Shown here: one piece after another, positions 38,207-47,887 of the stretch
Layout: each line of letters opens with the position of its first letter
Numbering within the stretch: the stretch's first letter is position 1
The notes under the pieces: generated by a model
Seen by the model: only the letters and a program-made list of their open reading frames with translations
Databases searched by the model: none
What the model was told of the DNA's origin: nothing
Source: an uncultured Candidatus Rokubacteria bacterium
GTDB lineage: Bacteria; Methylomirabilota; Methylomirabilia; Rokubacteriales; DASRDR01
NCBI GenBank assembly: GCA_963826115.1
Contig: CAWGVS010000005.1
Location: 1,888,001-1,952,000, forward strand
Length of the DNA stretch: 64,000 nucleotides
Reading direction: 5' to 3'
Program-made: the position numbers and the translations under genes

Positions 38207-39766
38207 CTACATCCAGGACATCTCCTGGGGGATGAGCACGCCGGTCGGGAACGGCTGGTAGGCGAGATCCTTCTTCATCACGATCGGCTGGACGACCTGG
38301 AAGAGCGGCACGATGTAACCCTTCTCCACGACGTAGCGCGCCGCCTTCTTCGCCGCCGCGATGCGCTTCGGCTCGTCCCGCTCGTCGAAGATCGGGTCGA
38401 TGAGCGGCTGGAGATCCTCCGACTCCCACACCCGGAACGGCCCCTTCGCATTGTTCTGGAACCCGACCGAGTTGATCGGGTCGCCGGTCGGGTTCGACCA
38501 GAAGTAGAGCGACAGCGGGGCGAGGTCCTGGCCCCCCTGCCCGCGCGCGGTCCGGAACTGGAACCACTGCGGGATCGTGATGACCTCGAGCTCGCCCTCG
38601 ATTCCCACGTCCTTCCACATCTGGGTGATCGCGGACATGAACTCGAAGTCCTTCGCGCGGACACCGCGCGTCGTCATGATCTTGAGCTTGAGGGGGGCTG
38701 CCGCCGAGTAGCCGGCCGTCTGCAGGAGCTGCCGGGCCTTGGCGGGATCGTAGGGGAAGTTGAAGGAGCCGTCATACGCGTCGTAGAGGGGCGCCTCGGT
38801 GAGGGACAGCGGCATGCCGAACCCGAGCAGCACCTTCTCGACGATCGCCTTCTTGTCGATCGCGTAGTGGACGGCCAGCCGGACCTCCTCCTTCTTGAAC
38901 GGCTCGAACCGGGGGTTCAGGAAGATCTGTGCCATGTCGGCGACCGGCTGCTTCACGCCCTTGAGCGTCGGCTGGGTGGAGAGCCGCCCGAACTCCTCGA
39001 CGGGAACCTCGGACGTGATGTCGGCGTTCCCCGACACGATCTCGGCCACGCGCGCGGTCGGGTCGGTGACCATCTTGAACACCGCCCGCTTGATCGGCGG
39101 CGCGCCCTTCCAGTACTGCTCGAACGCCTCGAGCACGAGCGTGCTGCCCGGCGTGAAGGCCACGACCTTGTACGGGCCCGACCCCACCGGCTTCCGCGCG
39201 AACTCCTCGCTCCGCGCCTTGTCGTCCGCGCCGAGCGACTTGAAGTACGCCTGGGGCACGACGAAACCGGCCAGGAAGCCGAGCCAGCGCGGGAACGACG
39301 GGTCGAAGCGCTCGAAGACCAGCTGGAGGGTCGCCTTGTCCTTGACCTGGTACTCCTTGACCCTCGCGTACGTCGCCTTGTAGATGGAGATCTCCTTGAG
39401 CCGGTTCATGCTGAAGGCGACGTCCTCGGCGGTCAGCTCGGACCCGTCGTGGAACTTCACGCCCTGGCGGATCTTGACGGCCATCCCCATCTTGTTGTCG
39501 GTCCACTGCCAGCTCTCGATGATGTGCCCGCCGTACTTGCCCTGCCGGTCCTGCTGGAGGAAGCGGTCGAACACCGCCTCGTACAGCGACTCGCGCGGGC
39601 TGTTGCGCGGGGCCGCGTGCGGGTCCATCGACGTGACCGTCTCCGGGAAGGCGATCGTCACCACCTGCTTCTTCTGGGCGTGGGCAGGGCGCCCGAATCC
39701 GGTCGCCGCCAACGCCACGGCGCCCGTCCCGGTGGTCCTGAGGAATGCTCGGCGGCTCACTCGCAT
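38207..39766 (-). CDS. Peptide/nickel ABC substrate-binding protein (family 5), Tat-exported
   Basis: SRRAFL Tat signal, GVKFHDG..LTAEDV.FS, PVGSGPY, VRLAVHYAID. Confidence 0.92.
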   Translation of the reverse strand: MRVSRRAFLRTTGTGAVALAATGFGRPAHAQKKQVVTIAFPETVTSMDPHAAPRNSPRESLYEAVFDRFLQQDRQGKYGGHIIESWQWTDNKMGMAVKIRQGVKFHDGSELTAEDVAFSMNRLKEISIYKATYARVKEYQVKDKATLQLVFERFDPSFPRWLGFLAGFVVPQAYFKSLGADDKARSEEFARKPVGSGPYKVVAFTPGSTLVLEAFEQYWKGAPPIKRAVFKMVTDPTARVAEIVSGNADITSEVPVEEFGRLSTQPTLKGVKQPVADMAQIFLNPRFEPFKKEEVRLAVHYAIDKKAIVEKVLLGFGMPLSLTEAPLYDAYDGSFNFPYDPAKARQLLQTAGYSAAAPLKLKIMTTRGVRAKDFEFMSAITQMWKDVGIEGELEVITIPQWFQFRTARGQGGQDLAPLSLYFWSNPTGDPINSVGFQNNAKGPFRVWESEDLQPLIDPIFDERDEPKRIAAAKKAARYVVEKGYIVPLFQVVQPIVMKKDLAYQPFPTGVLIPQEMSWM

Positions 39767-39856
39767 GGTTCGTCTCCTCCCGGGGTCATCCGCCCCGTCT
39801 CTGACGGCGCTGGTCACGATCGACGCCCCTGCCGGGCCGACCTCGTGGGAACCAGT

Positions 39857-40858
39857 CTATCCGAGCGATCCAGGCCGACGCGAGTGCGGCGCGCTGCGGC
39901 CGAAACCGGGTCGCACCACCCGGATCAGGCGCTTCACCGTCGCCCGGGCCGACACCCGCGGTTGATCCAGGAGCCGTCGGACCGTCTGGGGCGACGACAG
40001 GGTCACGAACGGGGGCCTGAACCACTTGGTGACCGTGATCTCGAGCTCGTCATCGGCCGAGACGACGGCATGCCACCACGGATCCGGGATGTACACGGCG
40101 TCCCCAACCCCGACCACCGCCCTCCAAGGGCGCGTGTCGGCAAACCGTGGGAACCGGTCGAGGTCGACGTCGAAGAACCGGACCGGTGACCAGTTGCGCG
40201 TCCATCGGCTCGCGTAGAGCCTTCGGCAGTGGAACGCGTCCGGCGGGTGCAGGATGATCTCCTTCGCCCCGCGGACCTGGCACATCAAGGCATCGGCTCC
40301 CTGGTGCTCGTGCGAATCGGTGTAGGAGCGTCGTCCGACGAAGCAAGTGTGGTGGTCGTTCGCCGCGTCGTCGGTCCGGACGGAGACCAGCCCGACGTCG
40401 CTCGCGATCGACCTCGGCAGGAGGATGTTGCGGGCGTAGAGGATCTCCGCGGGGTCGAAGCGCGCGGTGCAGCGCTCCAGGTAGTCGCTCAGCGGCAGGG
40501 TGTCGAACCAGGTCCGCTCTTCCTGCGCTCGGGCCTTGCGGCCCAGTCCGCCAGTCCAGATCCTCAGGAGATAGTCCAGCATCAGGCATCGGGTCACTCG
40601 GACGGGCGCGGCGCCGGCGACCGTCCGCAGGTAGTCCAGGTCCCAGTCGGCCAGTGCCTTCCAGTGTCGGATTCCCCCACGGATGACGACCGGCTTTCGT
40701 TTGCTCACATACCGGTCGCGAAAGTCGTGCGGGGAGAGGGCGTCGCTCGAGACGGACTCCACGGGGGTGGCCTCTGCGTAGCGAGGCATCGATCGCACGC
40801 GCTCCGCCGAGACGCGCGGGCGTTTCATCTGGTAGTCGAAGCTTGGTGGACGGAACAC
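39857..40858 (-). CDS. JmjC/cupin-like 2OG-Fe(II) hydroxylase (start uncertain)
   Basis: KPVVIRG..W..WDLDYL, TDSHEH, QVRGAK, GDAVYIP..WWH.V. Confidence 0.85.
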   Translation of the reverse strand: MFRPPSFDYQMKRPRVSAERVRSMPRYAEATPVESVSSDALSPHDFRDRYVSKRKPVVIRGGIRHWKALADWDLDYLRTVAGAAPVRVTRCLMLDYLLRIWTGGLGRKARAQEERTWFDTLPLSDYLERCTARFDPAEILYARNILLPRSIASDVGLVSVRTDDAANDHHTCFVGRRSYTDSHEHQGADALMCQVRGAKEIILHPPDAFHCRRLYASRWTRNWSPVRFFDVDLDRFPRFADTRPWRAVVGVGDAVYIPDPWWHAVVSADDELEITVTKWFRPPFVTLSSPQTVRRLLDQPRVSARATVKRLIRVVRPGFGRSAPHSRRPGSLG

Positions 40859-40894
40859 GTCGGCCGGAAGTATGGCGTCCGCGGCACCGTCGGG

Positions 40895-42031
40895 TCAAGG
40901 CGCGCGCCCGGGCCATCCTTCCCGGTGCAGGCGCTGCGCGTCGTCGTACGCCGCCTCGAGCGCCTCCATCGACAGGGTGATATCGAACTCCCGCTCCATC
41001 TTGCGGCGGGCGGCCGCTCCCATCCTCGCCCGCAGCACGGCATCCGTGCACGCACGCTCCAGCCTCTCCACCATGCCGGCCACGTCCCGCTCGGCGACCA
41101 GGAAGCCCGTGACGCCGTCCTCGACCGAGTCGGGCAGCCCGCCGTGCCGCGTCGCGATCGCGACCAGCCCGGACGCCGCCGCCTCGCGCAACACCATCAA
41201 GCCCGACTCGCGATCGCCGTCTCCGGCCACCGTGCTCGGCGCCATCAACACGTCGTGCGAGCGCATGATCTCCGGCACCTGATCGTGCGGAACGGCTCCG
41301 ACGAATCGCGTCCGGCTCTCCACCCCGAGCTCGCGGGCCTGCGCGCGCAGCCGCTCGTCGAGGGGTCCTGCGCCCACGATCGTGAGCGTCGCCGAACGCT
41401 CACGCAGGGCGCCCGCAAACGCCGCGAGGCCGTACGCAAAGCCCTTCTTCTCCACGAGGCGGCCGATCATGAGCACGCGCGCGCACTCCCGCGGACCGCG
41501 CGCCGCGGGCTGAAAGCGCTGCGTGTCGATGCCGAGGCGGTGAACGCGCAAGCGCGCCGGCGAAGCCCCGCGCGCGATCAGGATGTCCCGGAGCTCCGTC
41601 GATGCGCACAACCCGAGCGCCATGCGCCGCAGCAGGCGCCCACCGAGCCAGGCATAGCGCCGCGAGGGTCCGCGAATCCGGCGGGCCCGCGCCAGCAGCG
41701 GAACGTCGTGGCCGTGAAAGCTCACGACCAGCGGCCGCCGCGCGAGCTGTGCGTAGGTGAGCGCGTATACGGCCGAGGGGCCGAACTGCGCGTGGACGAC
41801 GGCGAAGCGCTCACGCGCGAAGGCGTAGAGGAAGTTCGGCGCGATCGTCGTGGACAGGTACCCAGGCCAGCCGATGCGCACGTCCTCGAACGGGAACTGA
41901 TCCGCATGCTTGCGCCGGGCGCAGAAGACGGTCGCCGAGTAGCGCGTCAGCCGCGTGACCGCGTCGTACACGAACGTCTGGGAGAGCGGCAGGAAGGCCC
42001 GGCAAAACACCGCGACTCGCCGGCGCTCCAT
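40895..42031 (-). CDS. Glycosyltransferase family 4 (WcaL-like)
   Basis: SQTFV, VHAQFG, SFHGHD, GRLVEKKG, DGDRESG..LREA, TRHGG. Start may lie further upstream (42151). Confidence 0.9.
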   Translation of the reverse strand: MERRRVAVFCRAFLPLSQTFVYDAVTRLTRYSATVFCARRKHADQFPFEDVRIGWPGYLSTTIAPNFLYAFARERFAVVHAQFGPSAVYALTYAQLARRPLVVSFHGHDVPLLARARRIRGPSRRYAWLGGRLLRRMALGLCASTELRDILIARGASPARLRVHRLGIDTQRFQPAARGPRECARVLMIGRLVEKKGFAYGLAAFAGALRERSATLTIVGAGPLDERLRAQARELGVESRTRFVGAVPHDQVPEIMRSHDVLMAPSTVAGDGDRESGLMVLREAAASGLVAIATRHGGLPDSVEDGVTGFLVAERDVAGMVERLERACTDAVLRARMGAAARRKMEREFDITLSMEALEAAYDDAQRLHREGWPGRAP

Positions 42032-42252
42032 TGGCGTGGAGGGCGCGCTGGCGCGCGCCGTCCCGTCCGTGGCGCCGGGACCGACGGGAAGTCCTTCTTC
42101 AGAGGCAGAGACGGCCACGGCGCCTCCCGCTGGGCCTCGGAGCCGCGTCATGATCCGGTTGATCGCGTGTTCCGGCGCGTGCCGTCCGGGGACGCTGGCG
42201 GACCTCCGGAGGTCCGGCCACGTGCTGGTCGATGCCTCGCCGGGGACCCGCG

Positions 42253-43452
42253 CTACGCGCGTCGTTCGAGCAGCCCGGAGGTGATCCTCCTTCCCGCCGC
42301 GATCGCGGGAGCCTCGACCAGCCGATGCAGGAGCGCCGCCAGCGCGAGAGTCGTGAACCCGGCGAGCAGGAGTCGAACGTTGGGGGGAAGTCCGGTCCGC
42401 GCGAAGCCGTTGAGCACGTTCAGGTGGATCAGGTAGACGCCGAAGCTGATGCGGCCGACCCACGCCAGCGGGCGCCAGGAGAGGCCCCCTGCCAGCAGGC
42501 CGATCCCGCGTGGAAGAGCCACGAAAAGACAGCCCAGGATGAGGCCGATCCAGGGGATCCGGGCGTGCCAGAACGCCTCGTATTCGGGGGACGTCGCCGA
42601 GTACGAGGCGATCGAAGTCCCCGTCGTGATCGCATGGTAGACCGCAGGCACGGACGAGCAGACAAAGACGATCGCTGACAGCCAGGCGAGACATTCGAGT
42701 CCGATTCCGGCGCCGCGGCCCGGTCGACGGGCGCCGAGCTCGTTCGCGACGAACGCGGCGAACAGCCCCGCGACGAATATCGGCGCGTGGGCGTCGATCC
42801 CGAGCTCCAGGAGGAAGCCCTGTCGCAGGATCCCCCGCGCGACGCCGGCCAGCCACGCCGAGCCCACGAGGAGGACGAGCAGCCGCCCTCCCGGGATCCG
42901 GCCGATCGTGAGCGCGGTCAGCACCAGGAGAACCGGAAGCACGACGTAGAACCGCATCTCCACGACGATCGTCCAGAAGACACCCAGGCCCTCTTGAAAG
43001 GCCAGGTGTCGGAACAGGACGGAGAGCGCCGTCGTCTCGCCAAACGGATAGAAGCCCAGGACGAAGACGACGAGGACGACGCCGTAGTAGAGAGGAACGA
43101 TCCGACAGGCCCTTCTGATCCCGTAGGTCGCCCACTCTCGCCACGAGCGCGCCCGCTCGAGCTGCCGAAAGAAGAGGCCGCTGAGCAAGAAGGCACTGAG
43201 GAAGAAGAACAGGATCACGCCTCCCCGCCCCGCGCCCCTGAAGTTGAGGAGGGGCGGCAGCAAGCCGGCGTACGTCGCGTGCGCCGCGAAGACCCAGAGC
43301 GCCGCGATGCCACGGAGCCCGTCCAGGGACGCGTCCCGCGCAGCGCGAGCGGGGACGGGCGTGAAGTCCGGCGCCGGCGTGAAGGACGGGGTCAGGCTCG
43401 AACGCGACGGACCCGCTGGCTCGACATCCTCCGCGACCGCGGTGCCCCTCAC
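42253..43452 (-). CDS. Acyltransferase family 3 (OafA-like) membrane O-acyltransferase
   Basis: SLDGLRGIAAL, GVILFFFLSAFL, FWTIVVEMRFY, GRISFGVYLIH, VEAP. Confidence 0.9.
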   Translation of the reverse strand: MRGTAVAEDVEPAGPSRSSLTPSFTPAPDFTPVPARAARDASLDGLRGIAALWVFAAHATYAGLLPPLLNFRGAGRGGVILFFFLSAFLLSGLFFRQLERARSWREWATYGIRRACRIVPLYYGVVLVVFVLGFYPFGETTALSVLFRHLAFQEGLGVFWTIVVEMRFYVVLPVLLVLTALTIGRIPGGRLLVLLVGSAWLAGVARGILRQGFLLELGIDAHAPIFVAGLFAAFVANELGARRPGRGAGIGLECLAWLSAIVFVCSSVPAVYHAITTGTSIASYSATSPEYEAFWHARIPWIGLILGCLFVALPRGIGLLAGGLSWRPLAWVGRISFGVYLIHLNVLNGFARTGLPPNVRLLLAGFTTLALAALLHRLVEAPAIAAGRRITSGLLERRA

Positions 43453-43509
43453 GGCAATCCGGGCTCTTGCGCGGAGCCCGCCGACCTGACGCGCCGAACG
43501 CGCACGGCC

Positions 43510-45792
43510 TCAGCCGCTGCGTTGCCGGAGGGCACGGTACACGCGCTCCGGCGTCATCGGGAGCTCCGTCATCCGCACGCCGGTCGCGTCCTTCACCGCG
43601 TTCGCGACCGCCGCGGATATGGGGATCGTGCCCGCCTCGCCGAGCCCTTTCGCCCCGAAGGGTCCGGCCTCGTCGACCGTCTCGATCAGCGTGATCAGGA
43701 TCTCGGGCATGTCCGGGGCGGTGAGGAGCTTGTAGTCGAGGAAGCCGGGATTCAGCACGCGGCCCTCCCGGAACCGGAGCTCCTCGGTGAGGCAGTACCC
43801 GAGCCCCATGTGGATGCCGCCCTCGATCTGGCCCTCGCACCCGACGGGGTTGAGCGCGCGCCCGACGTCGTGCGCCGAGGCGATCCGCACCACCTCGACC
43901 TTCCCGGTGGCCGCCTCCACCTCGACCAGCGCCGCCTGCGCGGCGAAGGCGTAGGTGACCGAGACGTTGCCCCGGAAGTCCTTGTCGAGCATCTGCGTCG
44001 GAGGGTCGTAGAAGGCCTGGCCCATCAGGATCCGGCCGCCCTCCCGGAAGTGGCCGGCCCGGACGACACGCTCGTACGCGATCCGGCGCTGTGGGGCGGC
44101 CGTCACGCAAACGTGCCCGTCGTCGACGTCCAGCGCGTCGGCCGGCTCGTCGAGCTGCTGGGCGGCCAGCGCGAGCAGCTGCCGCTTCACGTCCCGCGCC
44201 GCCAGCAGCGCGGCGTTGCCCGCGATGAACGTCGTGCGGCTCGCGTGGACGCCGACGTCCCAGGGCTTGAGCGCGGTGTCGCTGTTGACGACGTCGATTC
44301 GCCCGAACGGGATCCCGAGCTCCTCGGCCACGATCATCGCCAGAACCGTCTCCGACCCCTGCCCGATCTCGCTGGCCCCGGTGATCAGGGTGACTCGCCC
44401 GAAGTCGTCGAGCTTGACGATCGCGCCGCAGCCGTCGGAGCGGTAGACGCGCGCCCCGCCCGCGACGTGGAACATGCCGGCGTATCCGACCCCGCGCGTC
44501 CAGCCGGGCCGGAGGGGTCGGCCCACCGGGCCGCCGATGTCGCGGGCCACCGCGTCGAAGCACTCGACGAGGGCGCAGCTCGTGATCTTGAGGCCCTGCG
44601 GGGTGACGTCGCCCGAGCGGTTCGCGTTCCGGCGACGGATCTCCAGGCGGTCCAGGCCGAGCCGCTCGGCGAGGTCGTCCATCTGCGCCTCCACGGCGAA
44701 GGTGGACTCGAGGTTCCCGTACCCCCGCATCGAGCCGGAGTACACGTTGTTCGTGTAGACGATGGATGTGTCGAAGCGGATGTTCGGACACCGGTAGAAG
44801 CCGGCGAGCGTCGTCATCATCACGTACGGGGTCGTCGACCCCCACGACACGTACGCGCCGTTGTCGATCAGCACCCGGGCGTCCCGCGCCAGCAGGGTGC
44901 CGTCCGCGCGGGCCGCCGTGCGGAGCGTGAACACGCAGGGCTCCCGGGTCGGGCTCGCGAGGAACTCCTCTTCGCGGTCGAACACGATCTTCACCGGCCG
45001 GTGGACGTGTCGCGCCAGGAGCGCCGCGATCACGTCGATCGGATAGAGGTCGAGGCCCCGGCCGAAGTTGCCGCCCACCGGCGGCTGGATCACCCGGACG
45101 CGGTCGCCCGAGACACCGAGCGCCTCCGCCAGGTCCCGCTGGTAGAGGAACGGGATCTGCGTCGTCGACCACATCGTCAGGTTGCCCCGCGGGTCCCACT
45201 GGGCCATCGCGGCCATCGTCCCGATGCAGGCCGTGGTGACGTAGTTCAGGCGGTAGGTCCCCTCGACCACCGCGTCGGCCTCCCGGAAGGCACGGTCGAC
45301 GTCGCCCGCGTTGAACTTGTAGGCGAAGTTCACGAGGTTGCCCGGGAACTGCGCATGGATCCGCGGCGCATCCGGCCGGAGCGCCGCCTCCGGGTCGAAC
45401 ACCGCGGGCAGCTCCTCGTACTCGATCTCGATCAGCCGGCAGGCCTCCTCCGCGATCTCCTCGGTCTCGGCCGCGACCGCCGCGACCTCGTCCCGGATGC
45501 AGCGGACGACGTCGGGCTTCAGGGCGAGGTGGTCCTTGGCGTACCCGAACGGGCGCTGGTCGACGTTCCGGCCCGTGACGACCCCCAGGACTCCGGGGAG
45601 CGCCTCGGCGCGGGCGGTGTCGAGCCGCGCGATGCGGGCGTGGGGCATGCGCGTCCGGAGGATCTTGCCCCACACCATGCCGGGCACCTCGAGGTCCGGC
45701 AGGTACTGGACGCTGCCCGTCACCTTCTCGACCGCGTCGAGCTTGGCGACGCGGGTGCCGATGACGCGGAACGGCCGCGCGGCTTGGCTCAC
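43510..45792 (-). CDS. Xanthine dehydrogenase family molybdopterin-binding subunit
   Basis: PHARI, STTQIP, GGNFG, MRGYG, EIGQG, ASRTT, GQIEGG, AKGLGEAG. GTG start 45792. Confidence 0.95.
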   Translation of the reverse strand: MSQAARPFRVIGTRVAKLDAVEKVTGSVQYLPDLEVPGMVWGKILRTRMPHARIARLDTARAEALPGVLGVVTGRNVDQRPFGYAKDHLALKPDVVRCIRDEVAAVAAETEEIAEEACRLIEIEYEELPAVFDPEAALRPDAPRIHAQFPGNLVNFAYKFNAGDVDRAFREADAVVEGTYRLNYVTTACIGTMAAMAQWDPRGNLTMWSTTQIPFLYQRDLAEALGVSGDRVRVIQPPVGGNFGRGLDLYPIDVIAALLARHVHRPVKIVFDREEEFLASPTREPCVFTLRTAARADGTLLARDARVLIDNGAYVSWGSTTPYVMMTTLAGFYRCPNIRFDTSIVYTNNVYSGSMRGYGNLESTFAVEAQMDDLAERLGLDRLEIRRRNANRSGDVTPQGLKITSCALVECFDAVARDIGGPVGRPLRPGWTRGVGYAGMFHVAGGARVYRSDGCGAIVKLDDFGRVTLITGASEIGQGSETVLAMIVAEELGIPFGRIDVVNSDTALKPWDVGVHASRTTFIAGNAALLAARDVKRQLLALAAQQLDEPADALDVDDGHVCVTAAPQRRIAYERVVRAGHFREGGRILMGQAFYDPPTQMLDKDFRGNVSVTYAFAAQAALVEVEAATGKVEVVRIASAHDVGRALNPVGCEGQIEGGIHMGLGYCLTEELRFREGRVLNPGFLDYKLLTAPDMPEILITLIETVDEAGPFGAKGLGEAGTIPISAAVANAVKDATGVRMTELPMTPERVYRALRQRSG

Positions 45793-46310
45793 GCGCGCGC
45801 CTCCCGCGCCTCGCGGATGCGCCGGGCGGCGAGCTCGACCGCGCGGACGATCTTGACGTAGCCGGTGCAGCGGCAGAGGTTCCCCTCGAGCCCGGCCCGG
45901 ATCTCCGCCTCGCTGGGGTCCGGCGTGGCCTCGAGGAGGCCCGCGGCCGCCATGATCATCCCTGCCGTGCAGAACCCGCACTGGGCGCCGCCCTCGTCGA
46001 GGAACCCCTGCTGGACCGGGTGGAGGGTCGGCGGCCGGGCGTCCGAGCGCGCGTGCCAGCGTGCGGCGAGTCCCTCGACCGTCGTCACGTCGCCGCCGTC
46101 GACGTCGAGCGCCAGGAGGAGGCACGCGGTGACCGGCCGCCCGTCGAGCAGGACCGTGCACGCGCCGCAGTCGCCCGTGTCGCACGCGAGGTTCGTTCCG
46201 GTGAGGCGGAGGTCTCCGCGGAGGAGCTCCAGGAGCGTCCGGGAGCCCGGGACCTCGCGGTGGACCCGTCGCCCGTTGACCGTCAGCTCGAGCGGGTACC
46301 CGTCCACCAC
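45789..46310 (-). CDS. Xanthine dehydrogenase family (2Fe-2S) subunit
   Basis: CDTGDCGACTV, QCGFCT, GNLCRCTGY. Confidence 0.95.
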   Translation of the reverse strand: MVDGYPLELTVNGRRVHREVPGSRTLLELLRGDLRLTGTNLACDTGDCGACTVLLDGRPVTACLLLALDVDGGDVTTVEGLAARWHARSDARPPTLHPVQQGFLDEGGAQCGFCTAGMIMAAAGLLEATPDPSEAEIRAGLEGNLCRCTGYVKIVRAVELAARRIREAREARA

Positions 46311-46317
46311 GGTCCCC

Positions 46318-47169
46318 TCACCCGCCGGCGAGCGCCCGCCGGACCAGGGCGCCCACCATCTCGCGGCGGTACTCGGCCGTCGCGCGCACGTCGTCGACCG
46401 GTCGCGCCGCCGCCATCGCGAGCTCAGCGGCACGCTCGACGCCGGGCGGCCCCAGCCCGCCGTCCACGAGCGCGCGCTCGGCCTCCGGCACGCGAACCGG
46501 CGTGGGCGCCACGGCGCCGAGCGCCAGGCGCGCCTCGGCGACGCGGCCCCCGTCATGGCGGAGCGCCAGCGCGACCGCGGCGATGGCGATGTCCATTGCG
46601 CGCCTGACGTCGAGGCGCTCGTAGCGAACGGTCCACCCGGCGTGCTTCCGGGGAATCTCCACCCAGGCCAGCAGCTCGCCCGTCTGGAGCGCCGTCTGTC
46701 CCGGGCCACGGAAGAAGCGGTCGAGCGAGAGCCGTCGCGGCCCCGAGGGGCCCACGACGCCGACCTCGGCGTCCAGCACGAGCAGCACCGGGGAGAGATC
46801 GGCCGCCGGCGACGCGTTACAGAGATTCCCGCCGACCGTCGCGAGGTGCCGGATCGCCGGCGAGCCCATGTAGCGCGCCGTGAACGGCAGCACCGGATAC
46901 TCGGCGCGAACGATCGGATGCTCCAGGAGCGCCGTGAGGGTCGTGAGCGCGCCGATGCGGATCGCGCGCTCGCCCGCGTCGATCCGGTCGAGTCCGGGGA
47001 TGTGCCGGACGCTGATCACCGCGGGGGGCCGCTTCCCCCGCTGGGTCTGCCGCAGGTGGACCATGAGGTCGGTACCGCCCGCGAGGACGGCGGCGCGCGG
47101 CTCCGCGGCGAGGAGCCGGCACGCGTCCTCGAGCGTGGCCGGGCGATGATACGCGAACGAGGGCCTCAG
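46318..47169 (-). CDS. Xanthine dehydrogenase family FAD-binding subunit (probable CTG start)
   Basis: AGGTDL, IGALTT, ATVGGNLCNASPAAD, DDVRAT.EYR. SD GAGGAGG just before CTG 47169. Confidence 0.92.
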   Translation of the reverse strand: MRPSFAYHRPATLEDACRLLAAEPRAAVLAGGTDLMVHLRQTQRGKRPPAVISVRHIPGLDRIDAGERAIRIGALTTLTALLEHPIVRAEYPVLPFTARYMGSPAIRHLATVGGNLCNASPAADLSPVLLVLDAEVGVVGPSGPRRLSLDRFFRGPGQTALQTGELLAWVEIPRKHAGWTVRYERLDVRRAMDIAIAAVALALRHDGGRVAEARLALGAVAPTPVRVPEAERALVDGGLGPPGVERAAELAMAAARPVDDVRATAEYRREMVGALVRRALAGG

Positions 47170-47200
47170 GCGTCCTCCTCGGCGGTCGGTCGGCGCCAGT

Positions 47201-47887
47201 CTAGCACCGCCCATCCGGGACGACGTTTCGCGCTCGGCGCGAATCGATACGGAAGGACCCGTCCGGCTCGAGCCGAATACCGCCCGAGGCGAAATATCGC
47301 CGCCACGGACCCAGGGCCCAGTACCCCACCGCCCCGTGGACGTGCGCCGCCATCTGATCGGCCAACGCGAACGAGCGCCTGTTCCACCAGGCGGCGAGCC
47401 ACACCCAGCGCCGGACGCCGGCGGCTCGGGCGCGCAGGGCGGTGTCGTGCATGACGGCGCCCGCGACGCCACGACCGCGGAAGACGGGCGCCGTGTAGAT
47501 GCCCACGACGATCTGGCTACCATGCCCGGGCCGGAGGACCCGCCCGAGATACGGGAGGTGGACCGGCACGAGGCTGTCCCAGCGGGCGTGGGCAAGCTCG
47601 CGCCCCCACCAGCCCAGCGTGCACTGTTGCCCTTCATCGAGACGCCGGGCAATCTCCTCGCGGGTCATCGCGGGATTGAGCGCGCGGAGCGCGGGCAGGT
47701 CGGCGGGCGCGAGCGTGGCCATCCGGATCTCCGGTCGCGACGGATGATCGAGCGCCAAGCCGTGCAGGTCGGCCGCGAAGCCGAGATACCGACGGCAGAC
47801 GAGCCACAGTGGCGCGATCCTGAGAACCTCACCCCACCCGATGTCCATCGAGACGTCTTGGACCCGGCGAAACGTCGCGGAAGCCAT
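47201..47887 (-). CDS. GNAT-family acetyltransferase
   Basis: IYTAPVFRGRGVA acetyl-CoA motif A and WNRRS motif B. Confidence 0.75.
   Translation of the reverse strand: MASATFRRVQDVSMDIGWGEVLRIAPLWLVCRRYLGFAADLHGLALDHPSRPEIRMATLAPADLPALRALNPAMTREEIARRLDEGQQCTLGWWGRELAHARWDSLVPVHLPYLGRVLRPGHGSQIVVGIYTAPVFRGRGVAGAVMHDTALRARAAGVRRWVWLAAWWNRRSFALADQMAAHVHGAVGYWALGPWRRYFASGGIRLEPDGSFRIDSRRARNVVPDGRC

Noticed and set aside
35343-38261. Long plus-strand antisense ORFs (also 247-681, 15059-17413, 42787-45861, 50574-53003)
   Set aside because: These are codon-mirror frames of minus-strand genes with no recognisable motifs.
40895-45673. 1592-aa ORF suggesting a giant glycosyltransferase fusion
   Set aside because: The upstream part is an Arg/Gly/Pro-rich shadow frame over the acyltransferase and Mo-subunit genes. 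Only the last 378 or so residues are a GT4 protein.
43510-47169. Aerobic CO dehydrogenase or 4-hydroxybenzoyl-CoA reductase call
   Set aside because: The AYxCSFR/AYxGAGR CO dehydrogenase motif is absent, and the short FAD subunit lacks the Cys-rich 4Fe-4S insert of the reductase beta subunit.
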